Of a stretch of DNA of 64,000 nucleotides, positions 12,736 through 27,019 are shown in pieces. The position numbers and the translations under genes are program-made. Each line of letters opens with the position of its first letter. The first letter of the stretch is position 1. Under the pieces are notes generated by a model. The model had not been told where the DNA came from. It ran no database searches and saw only the letters and a program-made list of their open reading frames with translations. The stretch comes from Mobula birostris (Eukaryota): the NCBI RefSeq assembly GCF_030028105.1, contig NC_092400.1, positions 29,966,206 to 30,030,205 on the forward strand, written 5' to 3'.

Positions 12736-13524
12736 GCTGTTACTTTAATGTCATCTCCATTGTTACCCTCGCTCTGAAGATTGGAGTGAATAATATAACA
12801 CCATGGGCTCACAGTCCTTTGGATCCACCTACAACTAAGATGTTCCTCGATCCAATATCAGACTGCCTCAATTCTCAAAAACTGGTCTAAGCATCTCTGA
12901 CAATTAATCTGGCCACCAAGCAATAAAACTTCACAGTTGCAGTCATGAATTCCCACATACAGAATTACCAGGATTAAGTATCTGCTCTGGACAAAGAACA
13001 GGAACAGAAACACCTGGAACACACACCTGCCTCAATAAAATGAATTAGTAACAAGGGAACTAAATTAGCAAAACGAATACATGGAATATTTCTGATGAAG
13101 ACTAACAAATAGTTAAGTGTGCCTTATTTTACCCAAAGACAAGAATCACACTGTAATCATCATCCATTTCTTCAGTGGAAGGCAACGAGCAGACGCTAAG
13201 GGAGGCTATGATTTGACTGAACCAATACAATTAACTATATTTTTCCAATTACTTGTAAAATCCTCCAGCAGAACAGTGACTGGAGCACTTCAGACTTGAC
13301 AATCAACTGAAATATTTGTCTATCGTGCTTGTTTTTTCCATAACATCCAATATATCTGTTCTATAGCATCTATAGAAAAGATAAATATAGTTTTACAAGT
13401 ATGGAATGCAGACGTCATTGTTAGACCAAGAACTTACTGCTTTGCTCCAATTGGCTTTGAGAATCTGGGGTTAAACTGTCTTCTTGAACTGTTGCAGTCT
13501 CTGCAGGGGGCTCTCATTGCTGTT

Positions 13525-14146
13525 TAAAGTTCAACTTTCAAAGTAATTTTATTATCATAGTGCATATGTGTCACCATATACAACGCTGAGATTCATTTTC
13601 TTGCAGGCATACTCAATAATTCCTTAGAATAATAACCATAACAGAATCAATGAAAGCCCGCAGCAACGGGCATTCAACCAGTGTGCAAGAGACAAAAAAC
13701 GGTGCAAATACAAAATGAAAGAAACAATAATAATAAATATCGAGAACTTAAGATGAAGATCTTAAGATGAAAGTGAGTCCATAGCTTGTGGGAACATTTC
13801 AATGATGGGGCAAGCTGAGTGAAGTTACCCCCTTTGGTTGATGATTGAGGGGTGATAACTGTTCCTGAACTTGGTGGCGTGAGTCCTGAGGCTCCTGTAC
13901 CTTCTTCCTGATGACAGCAGTGAGAAGAGAGCAGGTCCTGGGTGGTGGGATCCCAGATGCTGCTTTCCTGCAACAGTGTTTCGTGCAGATGTACACGATG
14001 GTGGCGAGGGCTTTACCCATGACGAACTGGGCCATATCCTCTACTTTTTGTAGGATTTTGTGCTGAAGGACCTTGGTGCTTCTACACCAGGCTGTAATGC
14101 AGCCAGTCAGTATACTCTCCACTACACATCTATAGAAGTTTGTCAA
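13525..14146 (-). mobile_element. Rex/Babar-like LINE 3' end
   Basis: TNFYRCVVESILTGCITAW motif; shared 3'UTR with (ttgaac)n-type tail. Confidence 0.8.
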
Positions 14147-15129
14147 AGGGGGTTGTCACAGGAACTAGACACAGCAACAATGAAGAAGTAGCCCATATGT
14201 TTCCACACGTCCAAATATGACCTAGAGGGAGAACTGAGGGTGTGCACAGGAACTTACTTCCTTGTCCTTCTTTATGAGAGAGATTGTTGATTTAGGAATA
14301 CTGATAAACACTAAAGCCACATTACTCTGGTGTAAAGAGAATAAATCTTTTACCAACTGATATGTCACCAGTAAAACAGATTACTTTGTCCGAGATAGTG
14401 TCTAATTGGTTGCTCCTGTTCTGTTCAATCCAGCATCTGCAGAATCTCATGTTTAAAAAGTGTAGTTGTTTAACCTTTCAATGAAATATTGTATTTTTTT
14501 TATGGTTTAATTCTAACCTTGACCCCTTTTCCCTTAATACTTTGCATTATTTAAAATCAATCACACAGTGATGATTAACACCTCAGTATCAAAGATTAAA
14601 CATGACAGATTAATGGCAATAGTTCTGCTCAGAACCTTTGACAGTCCGGCACTGATCTACATCGGGCTGATACTGAGGAACTGGTTGATTCATTATTCTC
14701 ACCTGCAAACAAGCAATACAGCTAGGCACTACCTAAGACAGCCAACCTCGTGCAATTGAAATCAGAGAGTCTCAAATTCTTCCCAGCCCAAAATCATTCA
14801 TGAAATCCTGAACTTTATTCTTCACTTATTTCCTTAATACTCAACTCCCCAACTAACAACATTTTTCCTCATCTACTTTCACAAAGCCTGAGACCGAGTC
14901 AAACTGAGCACAACCCATACTTTGTGGAACTGCTTCTCACAACTTAACCTCTCGTGTTCAATAACTATTCTAGTAAATCAAACCACACTCCTTCCAAGCT
15001 TCTCAGTGATGCCCAAAATTACCGCTAACAAAACAGGTTCTTGGATATGGTATGGTTCCCAGATTTACTTCGTACTCTGCATGTGCTTTAACCACTGCTT
15101 TGCTCAGCTATGACATACCTTCTAACAGA

Positions 15130-15850
15130 AAAGCCTACAAAAAGTAGTAGATACAGAACAGTCCGTCACAGAAAAAGCTCTTCCTATGATTAAGCACATC
15201 TGCCACAAAAAAGCAGCATCCATCATCAAGGACCCCCACTATCCAGGACACGCTCTCTCCTCACTACTGCCATCGGGATGGAGGTACAGGAACCTCGGGA
15301 GCCACACCTCCAGCTTCAGGAACAGGCGTCTGAACCAGTGTGGATAGCTTCACTCACTTCAACACCGAACACAACCTACTGTATATACAAGGCCACTGCA
15401 AATCATATCCTCAGCATTGTTTACTTGTTTGTATTTGCACATCTTGTCTTCTTTTGCACATCGGTTAATTGTCAGTCTTTCTGTATAGTTTTTCATTGGT
15501 TTTATTGTATTTCTTTGTTCCAGCATGAATGCCTGCAAGAAAATGAACCTCAGGGTAGTACATTGCGACATACGCTTTTATGTACTGAAATCCAGTGTCG
15601 AATAGACCCAGCGATCAGCAATCCCTGATTTAATCCTAGCTTAATCACGGGACAATTTACAATAACCAATTAACCTACCAGGTCTTTGGACTGTGGGAGG
15701 AAACCAGAGCACCCGGAGGAAACCCACACGGTCACGGGGAGAATGCACAAAGTCCTTACAGTCAGCGGCAGTAATTGAACCCCGGTCACCTGTACTGTAA
15801 AGCGCTGTGCTAACCACTACGCTACTGCAATAATAAATTTACTTTGAACT
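15130..15850 (+). mobile_element. Rex/Babar-like 3' end with a nested minus-strand HE1 SINE (~15620-15827)
   Basis: LINE tail resumes (taataaatttactttgaactt) after the SINE. Confidence 0.65.
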
Positions 15851-17029
15851 TTATATTCCAATCCTTTGTATCTAAAGGCCTGCATACCACAAGTCCAAAT
15901 TATGTTATACCCATTCAAGAAATGTTAATATAATTTGTTTGACACGCCTATGTTCTTGTGTTGTACCTTCAGTGTGTTGGCACCTTACTTTTACATCAGT
16001 TGCCGCTGTTTATAGCACGCTCTTCAAAAACCAGACTCAATTACACTGTCTGCAGTACGAATAATCACCACAAAGCTTCCACAGTATAATGTAGGACTTT
16101 GTATCTTTTCACAATTACTGAACACGTGACCACATATGCAAAAAATGTTAATCTGCTATGTCACTGCAATATATGAAAAGCATCCTTAAATATGACATAA
16201 ACACAGCATGGTCTGCAAATGCTGGAAATCCAGAGTAACTTGGGAAATGCTGGAGAAACTCAGGTCAGGCAGCATCAATGGAAATGAATAAGCAGTCAAC
16301 GTTTTGAGCCAAGACCATTCTTCAGGACTGGAAAAGAAGGTGGAAGACACCAGAATAAAAAGGTGGGGGGGAAGAGGAGGATAGCAAGAAGGAGAAAGGT
16401 GAAGCTGGGTGGGTGGGAAAGATAAAGGGCCAGAGAGGATGGAAACTGATCAGACAGGACAGTAGACCGTAAGAGAAAGTGAAGGAGGACGGGATACTAT
16501 GAAATATGACATACTATAAGGCCGAGCAGATTCAAAGTTCCCAAAGCAAAGGTCATAAATACAATGCAATAAGATTTATTTTCCCCCTTTTACGTATATT
16601 CCCACTTCTCAGCTTCATTTGCAACCAATAATCCTCAATAAATCTACACTGGAGACATCGATCAAGCCTAGATCCATCTCCTATTTCAGGACTTTCTCAA
16701 AGCAGAAGTCTGGTATCCACCTTTCAAGTGGATGGTATACTTTTCTATGCAGTGAGCAACTGCTTCACACAAAGCTCTCGTCTTAAGAGTGTGGGTTCCC
16801 AAACTTTTTTAATGCCATAGACCTCCACCATTAACTGAGGGGTCCGTGGACCCTAGATTGGTACCCCTATTATAAAGCAAATCACCAGCCACCCAATAAG
16901 AGCCAAACAAGACTGAAGGAAAATGTAAAGTGAGAGATTAATAGCAAAGGTTTGATCAGAGTTTCTGATATTTCTATGTTTACTGATCCATAGCAGGCTA
17001 GATACTTCATAATTTCAAGAAGATACCAG

Positions 17030-17400
17030 TTGAGTGGCGGGGTGGAGAAACGTTTCTACCAAAGGAGGTGTAAGGCACTCCTTCCCTCGCTAGCCTGCAG
17101 GTCACCCTTGGGCAAGGAGTAACCCTTGCTTAGCCCCACCTCCCCAATTAGGGTCACGTGAAGCCATGGGGGCAGGTAGTGGATAGTCGTATGAGCAGCC
17201 AGTCCTGGTTGTACGACCACTGACGCCGGGCAGACAATCTCTGAGGAGTATTGATAATGGCCGGGGTCACCTGTCTTGTAAAGACACTGTCCAGAAGAAG
17301 GTAATGGCAAGCCACTTCTGTAGAAAAATTTGTGAAAAGCAATCATGGTGATGAAAAGACCATGACTGCCCATATCATTCAATACAGCACATGATGAACG
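17030..17400 (+). mobile_element. ~330-bp repeat, copy 2 of 3
   Basis: Homologous to 8878-9205. Confidence 0.7.
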
Positions 17401-17450
17401 AGGTGGTATATCACTCCCACTTGCAAACAAGCGACACAGTTGCACATTAC

Positions 17451-17510
17451 CTGAGACAAGTTTAAAATAGATCAGTCATACAATGGTTATCAGGCCCAAT
17501 TATGCACAGC
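17451..17510 (-). other. Candidate 60-nt non-coding 5'UTR exon of the left gene
   Basis: Acceptor gcattttatctacacag| and donor CAG|GTAATG. Confidence 0.35.
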
Positions 17511-19299
17511 CTGTGTAGATAAAATGCAATATCCATTTTAGTTCTCTAGAATTCAGGCACAAAGGTCCAAGTCTACCTTTGTTATTAATCTGTGTAACAG
17601 ACAACTCAAACTGTGGGCACTGCCTATTTTCTCAATGTCAATTTTCTCTTTATCCTATCTAAAAAAGTGTCCACTTCCCGTGGATGTATGTGGACCCCTT
17701 GTACACAGCCACGTTATGACCTTCATTGAAGTGAAGTGGTAGAGCAGCTAATACCTGACTGCGGGAGCATCGCGAATGGGCCCTACAGAAACGTCCACCA
17801 ATTGAACAAGATCCAAAATTGGAACCACACTACATTTTCATCCAACTCAGAGCTCAGATTTAATATTACAGAATCATAAAGCAAGGATACAGGCTCTTTG
17901 GACCTGCTGACCAAGGTTTTCACCTAAGCTAGTCGCATTTGTCCTTGTTTGGTCCATATCCTTTTAAACCAGGGGTTCCCAACCTTTTTCTATGCCATGG
18001 ACCCATACCATTTACCAAAGATCCATGGAACCCAGGTTGGGAACTCCTGGTACACACCAATCTTATCCACATATTTATCCAAATGTCTCTTGGTACTTCT
18101 AAAATTAATCTTATATTTATTAAAAACTAGGATGTTAAATTTTCACAGGTTTTTTTTAAATGCAAGTGAGTGTCAGTAACAATTGCAACTCTTCAGTTTT
18201 GAACAGGCAAGGTATCAAGCCTTGGGCATCCTGGAACAGAACACAATACACTGTCTGGTGAACTATTCTGATAACTTTGCAGTTGGGTGGGACCAGTTTT
18301 GGCAAAAACACAGACAGCAGCCCATTTTATATACAATAAAAAGCACAGGAGTTCAGACTGTGTCGTTAGTCACAAGAGCACGAACATAAATAAATCTGAA
18401 GCATGACAATGTTTTCTTGTAAAAATTGGACAACAGGACAAAGGCTTAGTCCAAAAAGTTACTAGGAGGGAAACAAAATAATATCCAAACAGACCAGTGT
18501 GTAAGATTTTAAGAACACAGACTGTGATTTTCCATCCTATCTGTAAACGATTCTTTTGTCCCTGAAATGTCAAAATCCTAAACAATGCAACAAGCCCGCA
18601 CAATTTACAATGCACCAGCGTTACTTTCAATGAAAAGAAAGTTGTAGGATCCCGCTTCTCTGGCGGTTTTAAAAGCAGAATATATTTTTTTTAAAAAAAA
18701 ATACGCGTTGCCAGGTTACTGTGTTCTGTCCCAACGTCGAGTCTGCAATCTGCCCTCAGTCCCTGAACAATGCAGTTGGTGACAATCTTCGGTGGGGGAA
18801 GGAGAGGGAAGGGAGGGGAGGGGGGCAGAGAGGTTCTTCCCCCTCCCCGACACCTCCCCGCAGTCGATTCATCTCAATTTCACAACAACCAAGAAGTATA
18901 GGTATTTACATGTGAACGCGAGTTGAAGAGCAATTCCTAAAGACTACACCAGGCGATTTCTTGTTGTAGAAGGCTTCGTGTAAAATACAACCTCTTCCAA
19001 ACAAAACAATTTTGAAAGAACAACAGTGTCTTTTTTGTGCGGGTGATTCTACAGCCGACTCCTCTGCCCCAGGATAAGAAACACTTCGTTCCCAACGCGG
19101 AGGTTAAACTCTCGGGGTGGTGCGGGCGGGAGACGGTGGGGAATGGGGAAAGGGAAGGAGACCAAAGCATGGGCGGGGGGGGGGTGTTGGAGGGGTTAGC
19201 GAACTCCGTTCAAACGGGATTAAGAGGATGGAGAGAATGTCAAAGGAGAGGGTACGGATGGGTAAGGTGGGGGAAGGAGAATGGTTGAAGGTTAGGTGA

Positions 19300-20170
19300 G
19301 GGTAGCCGGGCGGGGGAGGGAAGCAGAAGGTGGGGGTTAGGTGAGGAAGGGAGGTGAGAAGCAAACTCCGGGATCAAGGGTATAGAGGAGCGAGGTTTGG
19401 GCTGGGAGTTAATACCGAGGGGTAGCCCCCGCTCCCCCCGGCTCCTGCCGCCAACGTGTCCCCCCGGCCGGGCCGACATCCAACCTCCAGCAAACTTCAC
19501 CATCTATCCGGCAAAAGCCCAGCCGCACCTCCTGCGGTTCAGACCACTTCCTTTAAACTTCAGCGAGGAGGAACACCGAGGACCGTCCCGGCAGCAGATC
19601 CAGACTTTCACCCGCCACCTGGACTCGCCTCCGGGATCAGACCGAGAGTCCATACCTGAGAAAGGCGGCTCGCCCTGAGCACCGATCCCCTCAGCTTCCA
19701 CCATTTGCACCTGCTGGAGTGACCCTTCACCTCCTCCGAGAGTGGCCCAACTTGGTCCAGCCTCCGGTGCTGGAGGAGGGCCACGGGCCGTCAGCTCGCA
19801 GCCCCAAACAAACAATGAAGACACGCCGCCCGCTGCCGCAAACACAACATACTCTGCCGGATCAGTTCCGTATTACGCCGCCGACACAAAGGGCGCAACA
19901 ACCTGTTCGCCGGAGCGGCTGGGGGAATGCCGCGATCAACATCAGACTCTGGCGGGGAACCCGTGCATTTCAGTCAGACCGCAGCAAGAACTTGGAAATG
20001 CGGATGCCTCTTTCTCCCAAACACCTAATAGGCGGCGGGGGGTAATCAAATAAAATGTTCCTGGGTCTCGACAGGATAAGCAAGATGATTCCCCCACGCC
20101 GGGGGAGTCTGGAACCAGAGGTCACAGACACAAGAAGCTGCGCCATTAACGGCAGAGCTGGTAACAAGAG
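19300..20170 (-). promoter_or_regulatory. CpG island promoter and first exon of the unidentified left gene
   Basis: Dense CpG/GC region in a CpG-depleted background; donor CAG|GTATGG with exon end at 19656; C/T-rich intron start on the minus strand. Confidence 0.7.
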
Positions 20171-21459
20171 GATGGAAATTAGCAGAAAGAGAACTTATGG
20201 TCTCGCTGCCTGTCGACGAGATCATGAATGATTTACCTCTGGGTTTTTTTCTGCACTGTGCCCATAGCTTCGGACTCCCTTAATACCCAGAAATCTATCA
20301 TTGTTATGAGTGCACCCAGTGACGAGGTCGCCTCAACCCTCGAAGATTTACCAACCCGTGAATGAAGAAACTGCTGTCAGCTTGGTCCGAAATAGCTCAC
20401 TCTCTGCTCTGAGACCCTGATCCCTCGTTCCGGACTAGCCTGGGCAAACCTTCTCCCTGCATCAAAACTGGAAAAAATTTAAATTGCAGAAATTGATACC
20501 TGATGACCATTCCCATATTCCCCCACCACATTTTGCTTTCCCTCATTACTGTTGCCCCCTCACAACCTGCCCCTCAACTCCCTCTGGTTCACCACCTTCT
20601 TCCCTTTATTCTATGGTCTACTGTCCTTTTCTATCAGATGCTTTCTTCTCCCCCCATCTTCTCACATCATTCCTTTTCATCTCCCTGCCTCACCTACCTA
20701 CCTACCCCTCACCTAGCACCTGCCAGCACATGCTCCTCCATCACCAACCCCCCCCCCCGTTTTTTATTCTGGCTTCTGCTCTCCTTCCTTTCCAGTCCAT
20801 CTTAGCCCAAAACATCAACTCCCTAAATGGTGTCTGATCTGCTGAGATCCCCCAGCATGCTGTTGCTAAAAATGTTGGCATATTTCAATGTGATCATCTT
20901 GCATTGTTCTAAACTTGATAAAATATTGGGCCAATCAACTCAATATCTCTTCATATGTCAAATCCATCACCCCCGGAACCAGCGCAATGAATCCTCTCAC
21001 TGCACCCCCTCCATATAATTTTTCAGGATATCAATACAGTACACACTCTCACCCAGACCAACGTAAATGCAGTAAGACATGTAAACTATTGTAGTCAACT
21101 CATTTTCTAATAAAAACCATGTACCTTCCTGTTAATTCCACCAAATTCATTTCAGTCTTCCATGGTTTATTTCAAGACACCTAGGTCTCCTTAAACATTA
21201 CATTTCCCAGTCTTTCATCACTTCAAAAACAATTTTGTTTTTCTGCTTTGAATATCGAAGTGGATGATGTGACATTTTTTTGGCATTATGTTCATCCAGC
21301 ATGTTCTTATCACTTGTTTATATTCCCTTGAAATTCCTTTACATTCTTGCCCATTTGCAATTCCACATGGATTTGTATCATCAATAGACTTGGGAAATAT
21401 AATATTTCATCCCTTCAGCTTGGTTGTTAGCCAGATTGTGAACAGCTGGGTCCTTATCG

Positions 21460-21931
21460 AGTGGTCAGTAGTGGAAAAGTTGAGCAGTTTCAAGCTCCTG
21501 GGTGTCAACCTCTCTAAGATTTATCCTGGGCCCAATAATACATTGATGCAATTATGAAGAAGGCACGTCAGCACCTGTATTTCATTAGGAGTTTGAGGAG
21601 ATTTGGTATGTCACTAACAACTGGCAAATTTCTACAGATGTACCGTGAAGAGCATTCTAGCTGCTTGCTTTACCGCTTGGTTTGGAGGGACCACCGCCCA
21701 GGATCAACAAGAGCTGCAGAGGACTGCAAACTCAGCCAGCTTCATCATGCGCACTCGCCTCCCCTGCATCGAGGACATCTTTAAAAGACAATGCCTCAAA
21801 AAGGCGACATCCGTCATTCAGGACCTCCTTCACCCAGGATATGCTCTCTTCTTAGTACTAACATCAGAGAGGATGTACAGGAGCCAGAAGACACACACGC
21901 AACATTTTAGAAACAACTTCTTCCCTTTTGC
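21460..21931 (+). mobile_element. Rex/Babar-like LINE fragment, continued at ~23175-23370 after a Penelope insertion
   Basis: KKARQHLYFIRSLRRFGMS...SILAACFTAWFG; 3'UTR resumes after 23175. Confidence 0.75.
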
Positions 21932-23175
21932 AAACACGAGGAATTCTGCAGATGCTGGAAATTCAAGCAGCACATATCAAAGTTGCTGGTGAACGCAGCA
22001 GGCCAGGCAGCATCTCTAGGAAGAGGTACAGTCGACGTTTCGGGCCGAGACCCTTTGTCAGGGCTAACTGAAGGAAGAGCTAGTAAAAGATTTGAAAGTG
22101 GGAGGGGGAGGGGAAGATCTGAAATGATAGGAGAAGACAGGAGGGGGAGGGATGGAGCCAGGAGCTGGACAGTTGATTGGCAAAGAGGATATGAGAGGAT
22201 CATGGGACAGGAGGCCCAGGGAGAAGGAAAAGGGAGAGTGGGGGAAAACCCAGAGGATGGGCAAGGGGTATAGTCAGAGGGACAGAAGGAGAAAAAGGAG
22301 AGAGAGAGAAAGAATGTGTGTATATAAATAAATAACAGATGGGGTACGAGGGGGAGGTGGGGCATTAGTGGAAGTTAGAGAAGTCAATGTTCATGCCATC
22401 AGGTTGGAGGCTACCCAGACAGAATATAAGGTGTTGTTCCTCCAACCTGAGTGTGGTTTTATCTTTACAGTAGAGGAGGCCGTGGATAGACATGTCAGAA
22501 TGGGAATGGGATGTGGAATTAAAATGTGTGGCCACTGGGAGATCCTGCTTTTTCTGGTGGACAGAGCATAGGTGTTCAGCAAAATGATCTCCCAGTCTGT
22601 GTCGGGTCTTGCCAATATATAGAAGGCCACATCGGGAGCACCAGACGCAGTATATCACCCCAGCCGACTCACAGGTGAAGTGTCACCTCACCTGGAAGGA
22701 CTGTCTGGGGCCCTGAATGGTGGTGAGGGAGGAAGTGTAAGGGCATGTGTAGCACTTGTTCCGCTTACAAGGATAAGTGCCAGGAGGGAGATCGGTGGGA
22801 CAAATGGACAAGGGAGTCGCATAGGGAGCGATCCCTGCGGAAAGCAGAGTGGGGGGGAGGGAAAGATATGCTTAGTGGTGGGATCCCGTTGGAGGTGGCG
22901 GAAGTTACGGAGAATAATACGTTTGACCCGGAGGCTGGTGGGGTGGTAGGTGAGGACCAGGGGAACCCTATTCCTAGTGGGGTGGCGGGAGGATGGAGTG
23001 AGAGCAGATGTGTGTGAAATGGGGGAGATGCGTTTGAGAGCAGAGTTGATGGTGGAGGAAGGGAAGCCCCTTTCTTTAAAAAAGGAGGACATCTCCTTTG
23101 TCCTGGAATGAAAAGCCTCGTCCTGAGAGCAGATGCGGCGGAGTCAGAGGAATTGCGAGAAGGGGATGGCATTTT
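21932..23175 (-). mobile_element. Penelope-like element, 5'-truncated, with GIY-YIG endonuclease
   Basis: IYCVWCSRCGLLYIGKT...EH...VATHFN...EEQHLIF.LGSLQPDGMN and FFKERGFPSS...PLVLTYHP, frameshifted; CT-rich 3' end. Confidence 0.88.
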
Positions 23176-23669
23176 TGCCATCAGATTTCTGAATAGTCAA
23201 TGAACCCATGAACGCTACCTCACTATTTTTGCTCTCTTTTGCACTACTAATTTAGTGTTTTTATATATATTTATTATAACTTACAGTATTTTATGTATTG
23301 CATTGTCCTGCTGCCACAAGACAACAAATTTCATGACATACAGTACGTCAGTGTTAATAAACCTGATTCCGATGCTGGTGATACTGTACTGCCTAAGAAA
23401 TTTCTTGTTTTCACCTTGAGATTAGAGAATCCTTAGAATTCCTGACGGAATAATGATGAGTATATTCAGGACAGAGGTTGGCAAGTTTCTGGATGTTTAG
23501 AAAAAAGAAGGGATATTGAGTTGTTGCAGGTCTGGAGCTGAAGACTGAGCAGGGTCTGACTGAATGCTGGAGCTGGCATAAGGGGCCAAATGGCATGTTC
23601 CTGCTTCTACCTCTGAAACATTGTTCTTATATGGTGCTCCTAGTGCTGATTTCGTTCCTGGTGAAAACT

Positions 23670-24032
23670 CACCATCATCATCACATGCTGTGTCATGTGA
23701 AATGGACATCCATGGTCTTGACCATGATTGTTCTTGGCAAATTTTCCTGCAGAAGTGGTTTGCCATTGCCCTCTTCTGGGCAGTGTCTTTACAAGATGGG
23801 GGACCCCAGCCATTATCAATACTCTTCAGAGGTGTCAGTGGTCGCATGACCTGTACTTGTGATGTGCACCAGCTGCTCATCCGACCATCCACCACCTGCT
23901 CCCGTGGCTTCAGGTAATCCTGACTGGGGGGTCTAGGCAGGGGCTATACCTTGCCCAAGGGTGACCTGCAGGCTAGCAGAGGGAAGGAGCACCTTACAGC
24001 TCCTTGGTAGAGACGTATCTCCACACCACAAC
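23670..24032 (-). mobile_element. ~330-bp repeat, copy 3 of 3
   Basis: Reverse-complement homolog of 8878-9205. Confidence 0.7.
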
Positions 24033-24559
24033 CCTGAAAACTAGCCAAGTTTATTGTTATGTGCACAAGTACGTTGAGGTCCAGGTAGAGTGAAAGATTG
24101 ATTGCAGCAACATCACAGGCACGTAGGTACAGTCAAAACATAACACAGAACATAAACCATATATAAACTTTACACAAATATACAAGATAGTGAAGATAAA
24201 AAAGACTGGAAGACTAAAACATAGTTGGAGATGAAGAGTCTCAACCCAAAACGTTGACTCTTTATTCTTTTCCATGGATGCTGCCTAACCTGCTCAGTTC
24301 TTCCAGCATTTTGAGTGTGTTGCTTTGGATCTCCAGCATATGCAGAATCTCTTGTGTTAGAGAGAAGTTAATAGAACATAGAAGAGTACAGCACAAGAAC
24401 AGTCCACTCAAACCACAATGTTGTGCTGAACCAGCTAAAAAGCAAATCAAAAATACAGTACCCAAATACTAATACCTCCTACCAACACCATGTCCATATC
24501 CTTCCATCTTCATTACATTCAGGTACCTATCCAAACGTCTCTTGAAAGCCTCTAGTGTA

Positions 24560-26157
24560 CAGCAGTGCTAGAAAGTTTGTGAACACTGTAAAATTTTCTC
24601 TATTTCTGCACAAATATGATCTAAAATTTGATCAGATCTTCAGTAAGTCCTAAAACTAGATAAAGAGAACCCATTTAAATAAATAACACAAAAACATTAT
24701 CTTGTTCATTTATTTATTTATTGAGGAAAAAATGATCCAATATTACATGTATTTGTTGGAAAAAGTATGTGAACCTTTGCTTTCAGTAATTGGTGTGACC
24801 CCTCCCCATTGTACAGCAAATAACTTCAACCAAATGTTTCTGGTAACTGTTGGTTAGTCCTGCACATCAGTTTGGAGGAATGTTAGGCCAGTCTTCCTTA
24901 CAAAACTGCTTCAACACTAGGATGTTGGTGGGTATCCTTGCATGAGCTGCTTGCTTCAGGTCCTTCCACAACATTTCTTTAGAGTTAATGTCAGGACTTT
25001 GACTTGGCCATTCCAAAACACAAATTTTCTTCTTTTTAAGCCATTCTGTTGTTGATTTACTCTTGCCTTTCTGATCATTGTCCTGTTGCATTATCCAATT
25101 TCCATTAAGCTTCAGGTGATGGACTGCTACCCTGACATTCTCCTGTAAGATGTCTTGATACAATTTTGAATTCATTGTTCCCTCAATGATTGCAATCTGT
25201 CCAGACCCTGAGACAGCAAAGTAGTCCCAAACCATGCTGCTCCTTCCACCATGCTTCACAACTGGGATGAGTTTTGGTGTTGGTGTGCCATGTCCTTTTT
25301 CCTCCAAACATAGCAATGTGCATTTCTGCCAAAAAGTCCAACTTTGTCTCATCTGTCCACAGAACATTGTCCCAGAGGTGTTGTAGATCATTCAGGTGAT
25401 CTTTTGCAAACATGAGACAGGCAACTATATTTTTTTTGAAGAGCAGTGGTTTCCTTTATAATGTCCTTCCATGAACACCATTCTTGTTCAGTGTTTTTCT
25501 TAAAGTCAACACATGAACAGAGATTTCAGCAAGTTCTAGAGACTTCTGCAGGTCTTTTGCTGTTACCCTTGGATTTTTTTTTACCTCCTTCAGCATTGCA
25601 TGTTGTACTGTTAGTGTGATCTTTGCAGATTGCCCACTCCTGAGGAGTTTCCTCCATTTGTAGACAATTTCTCTTACTGTGGACTAATGAACACTCAAGT
25701 CTCTAGAAATGTTCTTTGTAGCCTTTTCCAACTTTGTGCATCTCTACAATTCTTCTTCTAAGATCCTCTGAAAATTGTTGTGATTGAGGCCTGCTGCACA
25801 TAAACAGATCTTTCTTGAGAAAAGCAGGCTCTGTCCGTTACCTGACTTTGTGTGTCTTTTTTATAGGGTAGGGGACCTCTACAACCCTCACCTCCAATCT
25901 CATCCCATTGATTGAAACAGCTGACTTTTGTAGAAAGGATTACCCCAGAGGTTCACATACTTGTCCCAACAAATACATGTAATACTAGAGCATTTTTCTC
26001 AACAAATAAATGAACAAGTATAATGTTTTTTGTGTTATTTATTTAATTGGGTTCTCTTTACCTAGTTTTAGGACTTACATGAGGATTTGATACATTTTAG
26101 GTCATATGCCCTAATAGTGATAATTCTACAGGAGTCACAAATTTTCTAGCACCGCTG
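24560..26157 (-). mobile_element. Tc1/mariner DNA transposon (DD34E, long TIRs), full length with frameshifted transposase
   Basis: TA TSDs 24558-59 and 26158-59; ~215-bp TIRs starting CAGC(A/G)GTGCTAGAAA; VLWTDETK, QQDND-(34 aa)-E with WPSQSPDIN; inserted in a CR1 fragment. Confidence 0.92.
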
Positions 26158-27019
26158 TATTTGCCTCTACCACCACAACAGGCAGCACATTCCAGGCTTC
26201 CACCACTCTCTGAGTAAAAAAACTTACCCCTCACATCCCCCTTGAATCTACCCCTTTCCATCTTTGTGGTAATGCTAAAGGTGGTCGTAATGTTCTGTTG
26301 CCGAGGTAGGGTTAGTGTTGTGCAGGCCATTTTAAGAACTTCATGGTTGTAGGAAAGTAGCTGTCCTGAACTTTAGGCTCCTGCATCTCCTGCCTTACAC
26401 GAACAGTTAGAAGAGCGGATGACCTGAATGGTGGGGACCCTTGATGATAGGTGGCGCCTTCCTGAGGTAGCCGCTCATCTGGACAGTTTCACCGGTAGGT
26501 CGGGTTGTGCCTGTGATGGACCCAGGGTAGTGAACACTAGTCTCTGCAGTCTCTACATTGGAATTGCCATACCAGGTCATAACGCAACCAGTCAGGATAC
26601 TTTCATCAGTGCATCTGTAGAAGTTGTTACAGTATTTGGAACATGCAAAATCTCCTTTAGCTTTTAAGCTTCTAATTGAAAACCTTGTAAATAAAACAAT
26701 CATTCATTGGAAAAATGAGGTTAAGCGTTAACTACTGTTTGTATCCAATGTAAAAAGAAAGGTTTCTATTTACTTATATCCCCCAGACACCCTAAAGCAA
26801 TTTACAGACACTATCATTCTTTCGAAGTATGGGGGATGCTGGAGTTTATGCACAAGTTCTCACAAACTACGCAGTCTGTTTTAATGATGTGGACTGAGGA
26901 GAGCCACAGTAACGTTGCAGTTCGTTTGACTCTTTTGCAGCTCAGGACAACTGTGCTTAGAGTTCAGAGTTCAATTCTAACATAGTCTGTAAGGAGGGGT
27001 TGGTAGCGCTGAGGAAGCA

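Noticed and set aside
17970-18048. ~80-bp hAT-like MITE (similar at ~16790-16868)
   Set aside because: TIR-like ends present but TSDs do not match; too degraded to call
19104-19370. Pro-rich and Gly-rich ORFs near the CpG island
   Set aside because: Result of purine/pyrimidine strand asymmetry in intron 1
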